A stretch of DNA of 64,000 nucleotides from positions 1 through 64,000 of the forward strand of contig JAQBGU010000063.1 of NCBI GenBank assembly GCA_032128375.1, in the 5' to 3' direction. The DNA comes from Deltaproteobacteria bacterium. Its GTDB lineage: Bacteria > Myxococcota_A > UBA9160 > SMWR01. Each line of letters starts with the position of its first letter. Position 1 is the stretch's first letter. The notes beneath the pieces were generated by a model that saw only the letters and a list, made by a program, of their open reading frames with translations, had not been told where the DNA came from and ran no database searches. The translations under genes and the position numbers were made by a program. Positions 48,195 to 57,736 of the stretch are shown piece after piece.

Positions 48195-48704
48195 TCAGCC
48201 CGGAGCCGGTCGAAGTTCGAACCACCACACTTGCGCGCGAGACGCCCAGCCGTCGGGTTCGATCGCGTACTTGGTGGCGATCGCGCGGCGCAACGTCTCG
48301 ACCCGCTCGGTGTCCGTGACCCGCACAGCATGACAGCGATAGATCTGTCCATGCACGCGCACGCGAACCCGCGGGTCAGCGAGTACTTGATGTGGCCAGC
48401 GTTTGATCGGAGTCAGGAAGTCCGCCGGGAGATACACCGACCCGCCGACCACGACGTTCCAGGTCGTGATCGAGCGCGGCTGCGGCGCGCGAACTTCTAC
48501 CTCCACTTCGGCGAGATCGGCGAATCGGCTTGCGGGCAGCTCCGAGCACGAGCGCTCCGGGACGCCCGTCAGGAAAGCACCGCCCGGTATCATTGCCCAC
48601 GGACCATCCATTCGGGCCGCGAACGATCGACCGATTGCCAGAGACAACAGCAGCGCGCCGAGCGCGACGGCGATCGCTCGCGTCCGGCGGAGGCCGCGCT
48701 TCAT
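48195..48704 (-). CDS. Exported/membrane-anchored hypothetical protein (same family as 40500-41003)
   Basis: DGPWAMIPGG, KRWPHQVLADPRVRVRVHGQIY, TKY, WWFEL; ATGA overlap with the upstream gene. Confidence 0.75.
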   Translation of the reverse strand: MKRGLRRTRAIAVALGALLLSLAIGRSFAARMDGPWAMIPGGAFLTGVPERSCSELPASRFADLAEVEVEVRAPQPRSITTWNVVVGGSVYLPADFLTPIKRWPHQVLADPRVRVRVHGQIYRCHAVRVTDTERVETLRRAIATKYAIEPDGWASRAQVWWFELRPAPG

Positions 48705-50197
48705 CCGACCGCGCGGCGCAGCGCCTGGCCGGGTCTCGCACCGGTGTGCTCCCCGTCGCGCACGACTTCGGTGCCGTTGACGAACACCCGAACGATGCCG
48801 TCGGGATACTGGTTGGGGTCTTCGAAGGTCCCGCGATCGATGATCGCGTCCGGGTCGAACAGCACCAGATCCGCGAACGCCCCCGGGCGGAGTTCGCCGC
48901 GATCTTGCAGACCGAACTTGCGCGCCGACATGCCGGTCATGCGATGAATGGCGTCTTCTAGCGGGAACAAACCGAGATCCCGTGCGTAGTGTCCAATCAC
49001 CCGTGCGAAGGTCCCGTACAACCGCGGGTGGGGTTTGCCTTCCAGGGTGGGGATTCCATCCGAGCCGATCATCGTCGTAGGATGACACATGACGGTGCGG
49101 ACATCGTTTTCGTCCATCGTGTGCAATACGACCGTGGCACCGGGCTCACTTTCCAACACGCGAAGGGCGATGTCAGTCCCCGTGACCGACAGCAGCGCTC
49201 CCAACTGGTGGAGCGTCTTGCCCTCCCATTCCGGGTGGCTCGACGTCGATGCGATCACGATGCGCTCGAGAGCGTTCGGGTCGTCGATCAGCGCTTTGTC
49301 CTGGTCCTGTGCGACGGCTGATAACACGGTACTCCCAGCGGTGTATGGATACTGATCCGCGTGCACATCGACACCGCGACGTCGCGCGGCCTCGATCAGC
49401 GCGATCGAATCCCGAACCCGCCCCCAGTTGGCGGGCCCACTCGCTTTGTGGTGAGAAATCTGAACCGACACACCGGCTCGCTCGCCGATCTCGATTGCCT
49501 CCGCGACGGCCTCGAGCAGGCGTGCTCCCTCGTTTCGCATATGTGTCGCGTACAGCCCTCCCGATTCCGACATCCGCGAAGCGAGCGATACGATTTCGTC
49601 GGTCTGCGCGTGTCGGCTGGGCTCGTACACCAGCCCCGTCGACAAACCGACGGCGCCGGCTTCGAGACCTTCGCGCAAGTGAGACTCCATGCGCACCATT
49701 TCGTCCGTACTCGGCACGCGCTTCGCCCCACCCATCGCCTCGAGCCGTAGCGTCCCGTGCCCGACCAGGACAGCCACATTTACGCTGACTGGATTCGCGT
49801 CGAGGTGAGCGAAGTAGCCGGCATAGCCGCTCCACTGAGGTAGCGTGTCGTGGGGATGAAACGCACGCGCCATCAGCGCTGCCTGCTCGTGGGGCGCGGC
49901 TCCGAATCCGCAGTTTCCCACCACACACGTGGTGACTCCGCCGCGCACCTTGAAGGCCATCTCAGGATGCAACACGGCCGCGAAATCGTCGTGGGTGTGG
50001 ACGTCGATGAACCCGGGCGACAAGGCCAGGCCTTGCGCGTCGATCTCGATCGAACCTCGCCGCGGAACTTCGCCCACGCGATCGATCCGCTCCCCGCGAA
50101 TCGACACATCCCCGACGGTCGGCGGTACGCCTGCCCCTGGGGTGCCTGCGGCGATACCGGTATACAGGGTCGCATTGCGGATGACGATGTCGCTCAC
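48701..50197 (-). CDS. N-acyl-D-amino-acid deacylase (D-aminoacylase)
   Basis: PGFIDVHTHDD, GVTTCVVGNCG, THMRNEG, ISHHK, GSDG, HPRLYGTF. Confidence 0.93.
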   Translation of the reverse strand: MSDIVIRNATLYTGIAAGTPGAGVPPTVGDVSIRGERIDRVGEVPRRGSIEIDAQGLALSPGFIDVHTHDDFAAVLHPEMAFKVRGGVTTCVVGNCGFGAAPHEQAALMARAFHPHDTLPQWSGYAGYFAHLDANPVSVNVAVLVGHGTLRLEAMGGAKRVPSTDEMVRMESHLREGLEAGAVGLSTGLVYEPSRHAQTDEIVSLASRMSESGGLYATHMRNEGARLLEAVAEAIEIGERAGVSVQISHHKASGPANWGRVRDSIALIEAARRRGVDVHADQYPYTAGSTVLSAVAQDQDKALIDDPNALERIVIASTSSHPEWEGKTLHQLGALLSVTGTDIALRVLESEPGATVVLHTMDENDVRTVMCHPTTMIGSDGIPTLEGKPHPRLYGTFARVIGHYARDLGLFPLEDAIHRMTGMSARKFGLQDRGELRPGAFADLVLFDPDAIIDRGTFEDPNQYPDGIVRVFVNGTEVVRDGEHTGARPGQALRRAVG

Positions 50198-50472
50198 GTG
50201 AGTTTCCCCCTTTCAGGTTTTTCTGCGTTGTTCGCGGCTCTGGCGGTAACGCAGTCTAGGGCGAAGCGCTTCCGGTTTCTTCTGCATGCATCGGGCCGGG
50301 CTCGATCGCAGTGACGAAGAGCCTCTGGACTTGGCTGGGGGCCAGAAAACGAAAGCAACGCGGAGCGCGCGCCGGCGCGATGCCGAACGCACCCTCGTAC
50401 CATCGAAGCGCTCGAGTTGATTCAGGACGACGGCAAGCGCCGAGTGCGGTTGCAGCGGCTGATCGACGAGCG

Positions 50473-52029
50473 CTAGTTCGGATAACTCACCTTCCACAGC
50501 CAGGTTCGTTTGAAGACCCTTCCCGCGAACGGCCGGCCGCTGAGCTCGATCACACGTTGAAAACGCAGCGACGGATCGTGGTAGACACGTCGAAAGGTAG
50601 CAGCCTGCGTCGGGTCGTGTTCAATCAGGTACGCGATGTCAAGCTCCCGCATGTAACCCGCGATGTCGCGATCGCGATGGGCTGCGAGCGCGCCGGGGTT
50701 CACGACGCCGTCGAGGTTGATGACCTCTCGATCGGTAAAAAAATTGTAGACACCGGCATTGAACGAGCCGATTCTCGCCGTGTCGGGTAGGTCGCGTAGC
50801 ACTTTGTTGGCCACCAGCGCGGCCTGGTACTTGTCGTATTCGTGGGGCGCAATCGGGGCGCTGCCAGAAGTCAGCGAGAACGCGAGCACGCAGACGGTGG
50901 TGATCGCCAGCGCAAGTCGACCGCCGGGCACGACGGCAAGGGTCGCCCGGGCCAGCAGCGGAACACACAACGCATAGACGGGGATCGCCAGGTAGAGCCC
51001 GTACCAGATTCGGAATCCCCCTAAATAGAAGATGTAGTATGCGGCCCATGTCACCGACCCCAGTCCGACCACCGCGGCAAAACGCCCCAGCCCAGACGGC
51101 TCGCGTGCGGGCCGGAAATGAACCAGCGCGCACAATACACCGATCGCAGTAGCCAGTGCCCAGACGGGAGTGCGCCCACCCGCGAAGTACTGGTTGAAGT
51201 ATCCCAAAACAACGGCCGCGCTGGACGCCCAGCCATCGAGGGCCGACAAGTGCGTTTCGTTCGCTGCGCGCAATACCCGCAGAGCCGCGCCGCTGGTCGG
51301 AAACGCACTGCCGGTCAGCGCCAGGATATAGCCGATCCAGATGAGTGGCAGTCCGAGAGCCGTCAGAGCTAATGCCGAAACCGCGCGAAAACGCCGATTG
51401 CGAACCGCGGTAGCGAACACCAGCACAGCAGCAGGGGCCAGCCACAGCGGTGCATCCATTCGCGCCCAAAACGATACGCCCAAACACGCACCCAGCGACG
51501 CCATCGCGCGGACCTGCCCACTCGCGTCGTCGGCGACCAAGCGCACGAAGCGGTCGAAAAACACGAGCACGGCCAGCACAGCCAACATCGTCTCGACACC
51601 GGTCATCGCGAGAGCGTGGATCTTCGCATTCGCGGCCCAGCCCATCGCGCAAATCAGTGCGACCGGCTGCGGCGCGACCCGATTCACGCACCGGTAGAGC
51701 ACCATGACGCAGGCCGAATTCGCCAGCGCGAGCACGGCCAGGCAGCAGAGGATCGCCGTTGCCGGCTCGAAGCGCGGCTGGATCAACGAGGCCAGCATCG
51801 CGTAGAGCGGGTGGAAGCCGCTGCTTGCTATCCCGGGATTGAACTCTGGAAAGTGTCGCGCGATGACGAAGTAGTAGAAGGCGTCATCCACGAGGTATTG
51901 CACGAGGAGATAGTCGATGCCTCGAGCCGCATCCACGGCGAATCGCAAGAGCGGCGTGACTGCGCAAACCGCCAATAGGATCTCGCCGATCGCCCGACCG
52001 CGTCGAACATCAGCGCCGAGCTGTGCCAT
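50473..52029 (-). CDS. Multi-TM membrane protein, GT-C glycosyltransferase-like
   Basis: DDAFYY, SGFHPL, GVET, WARMD, NAG..VINLDGVVN. Confidence 0.7.
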   Translation of the reverse strand: MAQLGADVRRGRAIGEILLAVCAVTPLLRFAVDAARGIDYLLVQYLVDDAFYYFVIARHFPEFNPGIASSGFHPLYAMLASLIQPRFEPATAILCCLAVLALANSACVMVLYRCVNRVAPQPVALICAMGWAANAKIHALAMTGVETMLAVLAVLVFFDRFVRLVADDASGQVRAMASLGACLGVSFWARMDAPLWLAPAAVLVFATAVRNRRFRAVSALALTALGLPLIWIGYILALTGSAFPTSGAALRVLRAANETHLSALDGWASSAAVVLGYFNQYFAGGRTPVWALATAIGVLCALVHFRPAREPSGLGRFAAVVGLGSVTWAAYYIFYLGGFRIWYGLYLAIPVYALCVPLLARATLAVVPGGRLALAITTVCVLAFSLTSGSAPIAPHEYDKYQAALVANKVLRDLPDTARIGSFNAGVYNFFTDREVINLDGVVNPGALAAHRDRDIAGYMRELDIAYLIEHDPTQAATFRRVYHDPSLRFQRVIELSGRPFAGRVFKRTWLWKVSYPN

Positions 52030-52201
52030 TGGGCTCCATCGTTTGCGAGTCGATCCATCGGCCGGCCAGCGGCCCCGGCGCCAGGGGCCCATTGTACTGG
52101 CCCACGCGCGAATCGCATTCGGGACCGCAGGGGCAGCGGCTAGAACGAGTGCAGATCGGGTGAAGTGGGGAATGCCAGTTCACCGTCCAGAAGCCGAAGC
52201 A

Positions 52202-53950
52202 CTACTCGAGGTGGCGGATCCGTCCCTCGGCATAGTGGAATCGGAGCTTCTTGTCGAAGTCGTGGAACATCACAGTCGAAACGCCCTGTTTCTCCATCTG
52301 GACTCCGATTTCGAAGGCTTCCTGCTGCTTGAGCTTGGTGGGAACGCGCGCCCACATGGCGTTCACCGTACCGTGGAAGGTCGTCAGCGAACTCTCAGTG
52401 GTGGTGTATCCACTTGTCAAGTACGGCGTGATCTGTGCGAGCTGTTCATTGGTATATTGCGTGGCGTTCGACTTTCCATTGCCCCGACTGATCATCACTG
52501 CGCCGGCGACCACCGCAAGCAAGACGCACACGGTGATTCCAACGATGCCAGATCGGCCGCCACGCTTGGCTGGCTGCTTGCCCGGTTTCCGTTTCGTTCG
52601 CCGACCGGCTTCGGCTTGGCGCGTCCGCTGGGCTCGACGCCCGGGTCGGGCGGGTTGCACGCTTCGAGCCGCGGGTGTTTCGCTCGCGTCGCCCACGGTC
52701 TTGTTCGACGCGGAACCGACCGCATCGGCTCCTCTCGCGATCGAACGCCGAATCAACAAGTCTTCGTCAAAAAGTGGGTTCAGATAGCGCGCGCGAAGCT
52801 CGGCGAGTTGCTGCGCCTGGTCGAATTCACGGCTGCGTGTCAGTTCGCGGATGCCGGCCTGCGCCAGCTTGTCGATCTCTCCAGACGAAGATCGCCTCAA
52901 CCACTCAGCATCGATTCCGAGCAGTTCGAGATCGTCGGAGGCCTCGTCGACGTGACGCACGACGAGGCCGATCGTCACCACGCTTCGAACGATTCGGGAA
53001 ACCCGGGAATTGGATCGATCCCGGAACGCGTCTTTTTCGAACGCGCTCAACTTCGAGATCTCGGCTGCCCCAGCCACCCGGTGCGCGGGGTCGTCGATCG
53101 CCGGGCCACGCGCCAGCCGAATCTTCAGCGCCGACTCGACGGCTTCGAGTTCGAACGAACCGAACGCAGGAAGCGCGTTCGAACCAGCGCTTTGGCTCCG
53201 CGAATCTGGATTGATTTCTTCGGATTCCGAAATCACCTCGAGTTCGGCCTGGTCCAGCGAACGCCGCACCTCTTGTTGCTGCAGCAGTCGATTGCCGACG
53301 ACTACGTTGAAAGCGACGACGCTTCGCAACACGTGGGGTATCAACAGCTGGTTCACAGCAGCGCGCTTCAGCTCACGAACTCGCTGAACCATATCGCCGA
53401 GCGGTTCCCCACTGGCGAGCGCTTCCGACATTTCGCCAATCTTTGTCGCCAGAGTCTGTGATTCTTCCGTCGCCTCTTGTGCAGCTTCTGCACAGATCTC
53501 GTGCAGGTACACGGAAACCGATGAGGGGTCGCGTTCGATCTGCCTCCGACCGGCTGTTTCGGTAGTCGCAAGCAGTGTCACGATGTAGTCGACCAGATCG
53601 GACCAGCGCTTGTCGGGGTCCGACAAGCAGACCTGGAGGAGCGACTCGAGGTCGCCAGGCGCTTCGACTCGAACCGCCGGCAGCGTCGCGCGAAACTGCC
53701 AGAACGAGGACCGGCGGATAATCGCCAGCATCTCGGTGCTGACTTCAGCAAGCGCGCCGTCGATCTTGGCGCGGATCTGGTCCGCGCTGCCTCCGGCATC
53801 CACTCCCTGCTGGATCCAACCGCGGATCTGGCGAAAACGCGACTCGATATCGAACGTACCCAGCACGTCGGGTTCGGGCGAAAGTGCGCGCAATGCTCCC
53901 CGAAGCGTTGCGTAGTACTTGGCTGCGGCTTGACTGTGGTTGGACAGCAC
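52202..53950 (-). CDS. Hypothetical protein, helical N-terminal region with one TM helix near the C-terminus
   Basis: 582-aa ORF; basic linker, TM segment GIVGITVCVLLAVVAGAVMI, then a domain of about 90 aa. Confidence 0.7.
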   Translation of the reverse strand: MLSNHSQAAAKYYATLRGALRALSPEPDVLGTFDIESRFRQIRGWIQQGVDAGGSADQIRAKIDGALAEVSTEMLAIIRRSSFWQFRATLPAVRVEAPGDLESLLQVCLSDPDKRWSDLVDYIVTLLATTETAGRRQIERDPSSVSVYLHEICAEAAQEATEESQTLATKIGEMSEALASGEPLGDMVQRVRELKRAAVNQLLIPHVLRSVVAFNVVVGNRLLQQQEVRRSLDQAELEVISESEEINPDSRSQSAGSNALPAFGSFELEAVESALKIRLARGPAIDDPAHRVAGAAEISKLSAFEKDAFRDRSNSRVSRIVRSVVTIGLVVRHVDEASDDLELLGIDAEWLRRSSSGEIDKLAQAGIRELTRSREFDQAQQLAELRARYLNPLFDEDLLIRRSIARGADAVGSASNKTVGDASETPAARSVQPARPGRRAQRTRQAEAGRRTKRKPGKQPAKRGGRSGIVGITVCVLLAVVAGAVMISRGNGKSNATQYTNEQLAQITPYLTSGYTTTESSLTTFHGTVNAMWARVPTKLKQQEAFEIGVQMEKQGVSTVMFHDFDKKLRFHYAEGRIRHLE

Positions 53951-54111
53951 GTGGGTATGGCATCCCGATCGAGTTCAGACGCGACGAGTCGGTCGCGAGG
54001 GCCTCAATGGAATCGGTCGGATTCCGCTGCCGCTTGAGGCTTCAATCGCATGCCATTCGATCTTTCCGATCCGCTCATATCGAATGACCGAGGGTTCTTC
54101 TAGCGCGTCGA

Positions 54112-55230
54112 TTAGAGGCCGATCAACCCGGCCAGCGCCTCGCGGTGATGTGACGGATCACCAAAGAGCAGCTCGCTGGCCTTGGCGCGCTTGAAGTAGA
54201 GATGGGCGGGATGCTCCCAGGTGAAGCCCATGCCGCCGTGAATCTGAATGTTCTCCGCGGCCACGTGGAAGTAGGTTTCCGAACAGTAGGATTTCGCGAT
54301 CGCACACGATGCGGACGCGTCCTGCGCGCCCAGCGCGATTTCGAAGCACGCCTGATACGCGGCGGATTTCGCGAATTCCACCTCGACCAACATGTCGGCG
54401 CACTTGTGCTTGATGGCCTGGAACGACCCGATCGGTCGGCCAAACTGCAATCGGGTCTTGGCGTAGTCGACTGCCATGTCCAAGCACTTCTGAGCGCCGC
54501 CCGTCTGTTCCGCGGCCAGCGCGGCGATGGTTCGAGCCAGCACGGTCGCGAGCGAGGCCGCCTGGTCGCCCTGGCTGATCTTCTTGGCTGGCGTCTTCGA
54601 AAATTCGAGTGTCGCGAGTTTGCGGGTGAGATCCAGCGCAGGAATCGACGTCCGCTCGAGACCCGCGGCATTGGCCTCGACGCGAAACAATTCGACCCCA
54701 GCGTCGGTCTTGGCCGCCACCAGAATCACGTCGGCCGTGTGGCCGTCGATCACGCAGCGCTTCGAACCATCGAGCTGCCAGTCGTTGCCGTGTTGGCTCG
54801 CGCGCATCTCGATACCGCCGACGTCCCAACGCCCGTTTTCTTCCACGTGAGCGAGTGTCGCGATGGTCTGGCCCGCAGCGATTCCGACCAGCAGATCTTT
54901 CTGGGCGGCTTCGCTCGCGCATTCGAGCACGGCGTTGCTGGCCAATACCGCTGTGCTGAGAAACGGTGAACACAAGAGCGCGCGCCCCATCTCCTCCATG
55001 ACCACGAGCAGCTCGACATAACCCACACCCGCGCCGCCGAACTCTTCGGGAATGATCAAACCGGCCAGGCCCATTTCTTCGGCCATCTGCGCCCAGACTG
55101 CGCGGTCCCAGCCGGTCTCCGTGGCCATTTGCGCGCGTACATCCTGCTCGCTGGATTTGTCGGCCAGAAACTGGCGAAGGGTGGCGCGCAGTTCGTCGTG
55201 TTCGTCTGTGAAACTGAAGTCGATCGCCAT
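54112..55230 (-). CDS. Acyl-CoA dehydrogenase (probable non-catalytic subunit of a heteromeric pair)
   Basis: RLQFGRPIGSFQAIKH, IQIHGGMGFTWEH; AGGAG RBS. Confidence 0.9.
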   Translation of the reverse strand: MAIDFSFTDEHDELRATLRQFLADKSSEQDVRAQMATETGWDRAVWAQMAEEMGLAGLIIPEEFGGAGVGYVELLVVMEEMGRALLCSPFLSTAVLASNAVLECASEAAQKDLLVGIAAGQTIATLAHVEENGRWDVGGIEMRASQHGNDWQLDGSKRCVIDGHTADVILVAAKTDAGVELFRVEANAAGLERTSIPALDLTRKLATLEFSKTPAKKISQGDQAASLATVLARTIAALAAEQTGGAQKCLDMAVDYAKTRLQFGRPIGSFQAIKHKCADMLVEVEFAKSAAYQACFEIALGAQDASASCAIAKSYCSETYFHVAAENIQIHGGMGFTWEHPAHLYFKRAKASELLFGDPSHHREALAGLIGL

Positions 55231-55337
55231 GCTGTTCTCCTGCTCCACTCGCTGACAGTGTCGATCGTGAGTGGTCCGATTGGTCGAGTTCGCTGCGTCG
55301 GGACGTTTGCTGGAGCGCGGCGGATCCGTCTGCCGGA

Positions 55338-56564
55338 TCAGCTGCGCGGCACGTCCTTCCACGGGACTTCTTTGTCGACGCGCGGTTCGCCGGGCAACCC
55401 GAGCACGCGTTCACCGAGGATGTTGCGCATGATCTCGGAGGTTCCACCCTCGATCGAGTTCGCGCGCGATCGCAAGAACTGGTACTTCGCGAGGGACTCC
55501 GGGCTGTCCGTTCCGCCGAACCCCTGACGCAACTCGTAGCCCGCCTCGAAACTGAGGCCATCGTTTCCCAGCACGTCGATGCTGGTTTCCCAGAGTCGCT
55601 TGTGGATTTCGGCCTGTGCGAGCTTCGCCACCGAGCCTTCCGGCCCGGGATTTCCGGCTTTCATCGCCGCGCGTGCGCGAATCGAGGTGACGCGCAGCAG
55701 CTCAGTTTCGATGTAGCGCCGTGTGACCGTGTCGCGAAGGATCGCTTCCCCCGCGGTCGACAACTGACCTGCCGCTCGCCCCTTCCACAGTTTGAGCAGC
55801 GGCGAGATCGAACCGGCGCCCTTCTTGGTCGATCCCCCGCCGCCGATCGCCACGCGTTCGTTCATCAGCGTCGTGATCGCGACCCGCCAGCCCTGCCCTT
55901 CTTCGCCGAACATCCGATCGTGCGGGATTCGCACATCATTGAAGAAGACTTCGTTGAACTCGGCTTCGCCGGTAATCTGATACAAGGGGCGCACTTCGAC
56001 GCCCGGCGTCTGCATGTCGAGCAGGAAGTAGGAAAGCCCGTCGTGCTTCGGTACGTCCGGGTTGGTCCGTGCGACCAGCATGCCCCACTTCGCAACATGG
56101 GCGAGTGTCGTCCAGACCTTTTGGCCGTTGACGACCCACTCGTCTCCGTCGCGCACCGCCGTCGTCGCGAGACCCGCGACGTCCGAACCGGCGCCCGGCT
56201 CGCTGAACATCTGGCACCAGATGTCCTCGCCGGAAAAGACGCGCGGTAGCAACTCCTTCTTGAGCTTTTCACTGCCGTACGTGACCAGCGTCGGCGCCCC
56301 CATGCCGATTCCGATTACGCCGATCGGCGGATCCGGGTAGGTGACCTTGGAGTTCTTCGCGATTTCGTCGGCAACGACCTGATTGAACTTCGGGCTCAAT
56401 CCGAGCCCGCCGTAGCCTTCGGGGAAGTGGACGAAGGCGAGTCCGTGATCGTATTGGGCGCGCCTGAATGTCACAGCATCGACCCTTTCGGGATGGACCT
56501 GCTCGAGCAGCTTTCGGGTGCGCTGCCGAATTTCGTCTTCGCCAATCTGGGGGCTGTCGCTCAT
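55338..56564 (-). CDS. Acyl-CoA dehydrogenase (probable catalytic subunit of a heteromeric pair)
   Basis: WCQMFSEPGAGSD, NGQKVWT, EFNEVFF, TLMNER, SIEGGTSEIMRN. Confidence 0.93.
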   Translation of the reverse strand: MSDSPQIGEDEIRQRTRKLLEQVHPERVDAVTFRRAQYDHGLAFVHFPEGYGGLGLSPKFNQVVADEIAKNSKVTYPDPPIGVIGIGMGAPTLVTYGSEKLKKELLPRVFSGEDIWCQMFSEPGAGSDVAGLATTAVRDGDEWVVNGQKVWTTLAHVAKWGMLVARTNPDVPKHDGLSYFLLDMQTPGVEVRPLYQITGEAEFNEVFFNDVRIPHDRMFGEEGQGWRVAITTLMNERVAIGGGGSTKKGAGSISPLLKLWKGRAAGQLSTAGEAILRDTVTRRYIETELLRVTSIRARAAMKAGNPGPEGSVAKLAQAEIHKRLWETSIDVLGNDGLSFEAGYELRQGFGGTDSPESLAKYQFLRSRANSIEGGTSEIMRNILGERVLGLPGEPRVDKEVPWKDVPRS

Positions 56565-56674
56565 GCTCTCCTCCGATACTGCGTTGGGCCCGGCATCATA
56601 ACGGTTATTCCCGGCGCGCGGCACGGCCTCGCCTTCCCGTACGCAGCCCTCTAGCATCCGCGTCCGGAGGCCCC

Positions 56675-57574
56675 ATGAACTTTGAGACTCTCATCTTTGA
56701 AATCGAGCGCGGGCGCGCCAGAATCACGCTGAATCGGCCCGAAAAACGCAACGCGCTGTCCTACCAGCTGCAGTCGGAACTCTACGAAGCGCTTTGGGAG
56801 GCCGACAACGACACGGAGGTCCACGCCGTCATCTTGCGTGGCGCCGGCAAGTCGTTCTGCGCGGGCTACGACCTCGCGCCGACTCCCAGCAGCGGCCCGC
56901 CCCGCGGCGACCCGGACCGCAGCTATCGCGGCTTCCGCGGCTTCGAGGACGACACCTGGCAACTCGAGCGCCAGCAGCGGCTGCGCATGGCGATCTTCGA
57001 CATGCACAAGCCGGTGATTGCACAAGTCCACGGCCACTGCCTGGCCGGCGGAACCGACATCGCGCTCCTGTGCGATATGGTGATTGCCGCCGACGACGCG
57101 GTTTTCGGCTTTCCGCCGGCCCGCGATCTCGGTGCGCTGCCCAACAACATGTGGCTGTACAACGTCGGGCCGCAGTGGGCGAAGCGCTTGACGCTGACCG
57201 GTGACACCATCACCGGCACCGAAGCGGCACAGATCAACCTGGTTCTCAAGGCCGTGCCGCTGGAACATCTCGAAGCCGAGGTGGAAGGGCTCGTAGACCG
57301 GATGGCGCAGATCGACATCGAGCTGCTCTCGGCCAACAAGCGCATCGTCAACATGGGCCTCGAACTCATGGGCGCACGCACCCTGCAGCGCATCGCGTGT
57401 GAGAACGACGCACGCGGTCACCAGACGCCGAGTGCGCGCGGCTTTACCAAATTGGCAATCGAGAAGGGCTTGAAGGAGGCCATCCGGGAACGCGATGCGA
57501 AGTTCGGCGATGGACGAGCGCGTGTGCAGGGTCCCGAGATTCGCGACGAACGCGGGTTTCTGATCGACGATTGA
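56675..57574 (+). CDS. Enoyl-CoA hydratase/isomerase (crotonase) family protein
   Basis: ITLNRPEKRNAL, FCAGYDL, KPVIAQVHGHCLAGG; GGAGG RBS. Confidence 0.93.
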   Translation: MNFETLIFEIERGRARITLNRPEKRNALSYQLQSELYEALWEADNDTEVHAVILRGAGKSFCAGYDLAPTPSSGPPRGDPDRSYRGFRGFEDDTWQLERQQRLRMAIFDMHKPVIAQVHGHCLAGGTDIALLCDMVIAADDAVFGFPPARDLGALPNNMWLYNVGPQWAKRLTLTGDTITGTEAAQINLVLKAVPLEHLEAEVEGLVDRMAQIDIELLSANKRIVNMGLELMGARTLQRIACENDARGHQTPSARGFTKLAIEKGLKEAIRERDAKFGDGRARVQGPEIRDERGFLIDD

Positions 57575-57691
57575 AGTCGACGCGACGGGCGGTCGTCGGT
57601 GAAGGGACATCTGGCGAACTACCTCGAACGCCTTCGCTCAACATCGCGAACATGGTGCGCGACGATTCGAGGCGCGCTACCCGGAGACCGC

Positions 57692-57716
57692 GCGCGCCTG
57701 AAGGCGCGCAGTTTTT
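57692..57716 (+). terminator. Possible intrinsic terminator between convergent genes
   Basis: GCGCGCC-TGAA-GGCGCGC hairpin followed by AGTTTTT. Confidence 0.45.
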
Positions 57717-57736
57717 CGCTCCTCGGAGCGGCCGAA

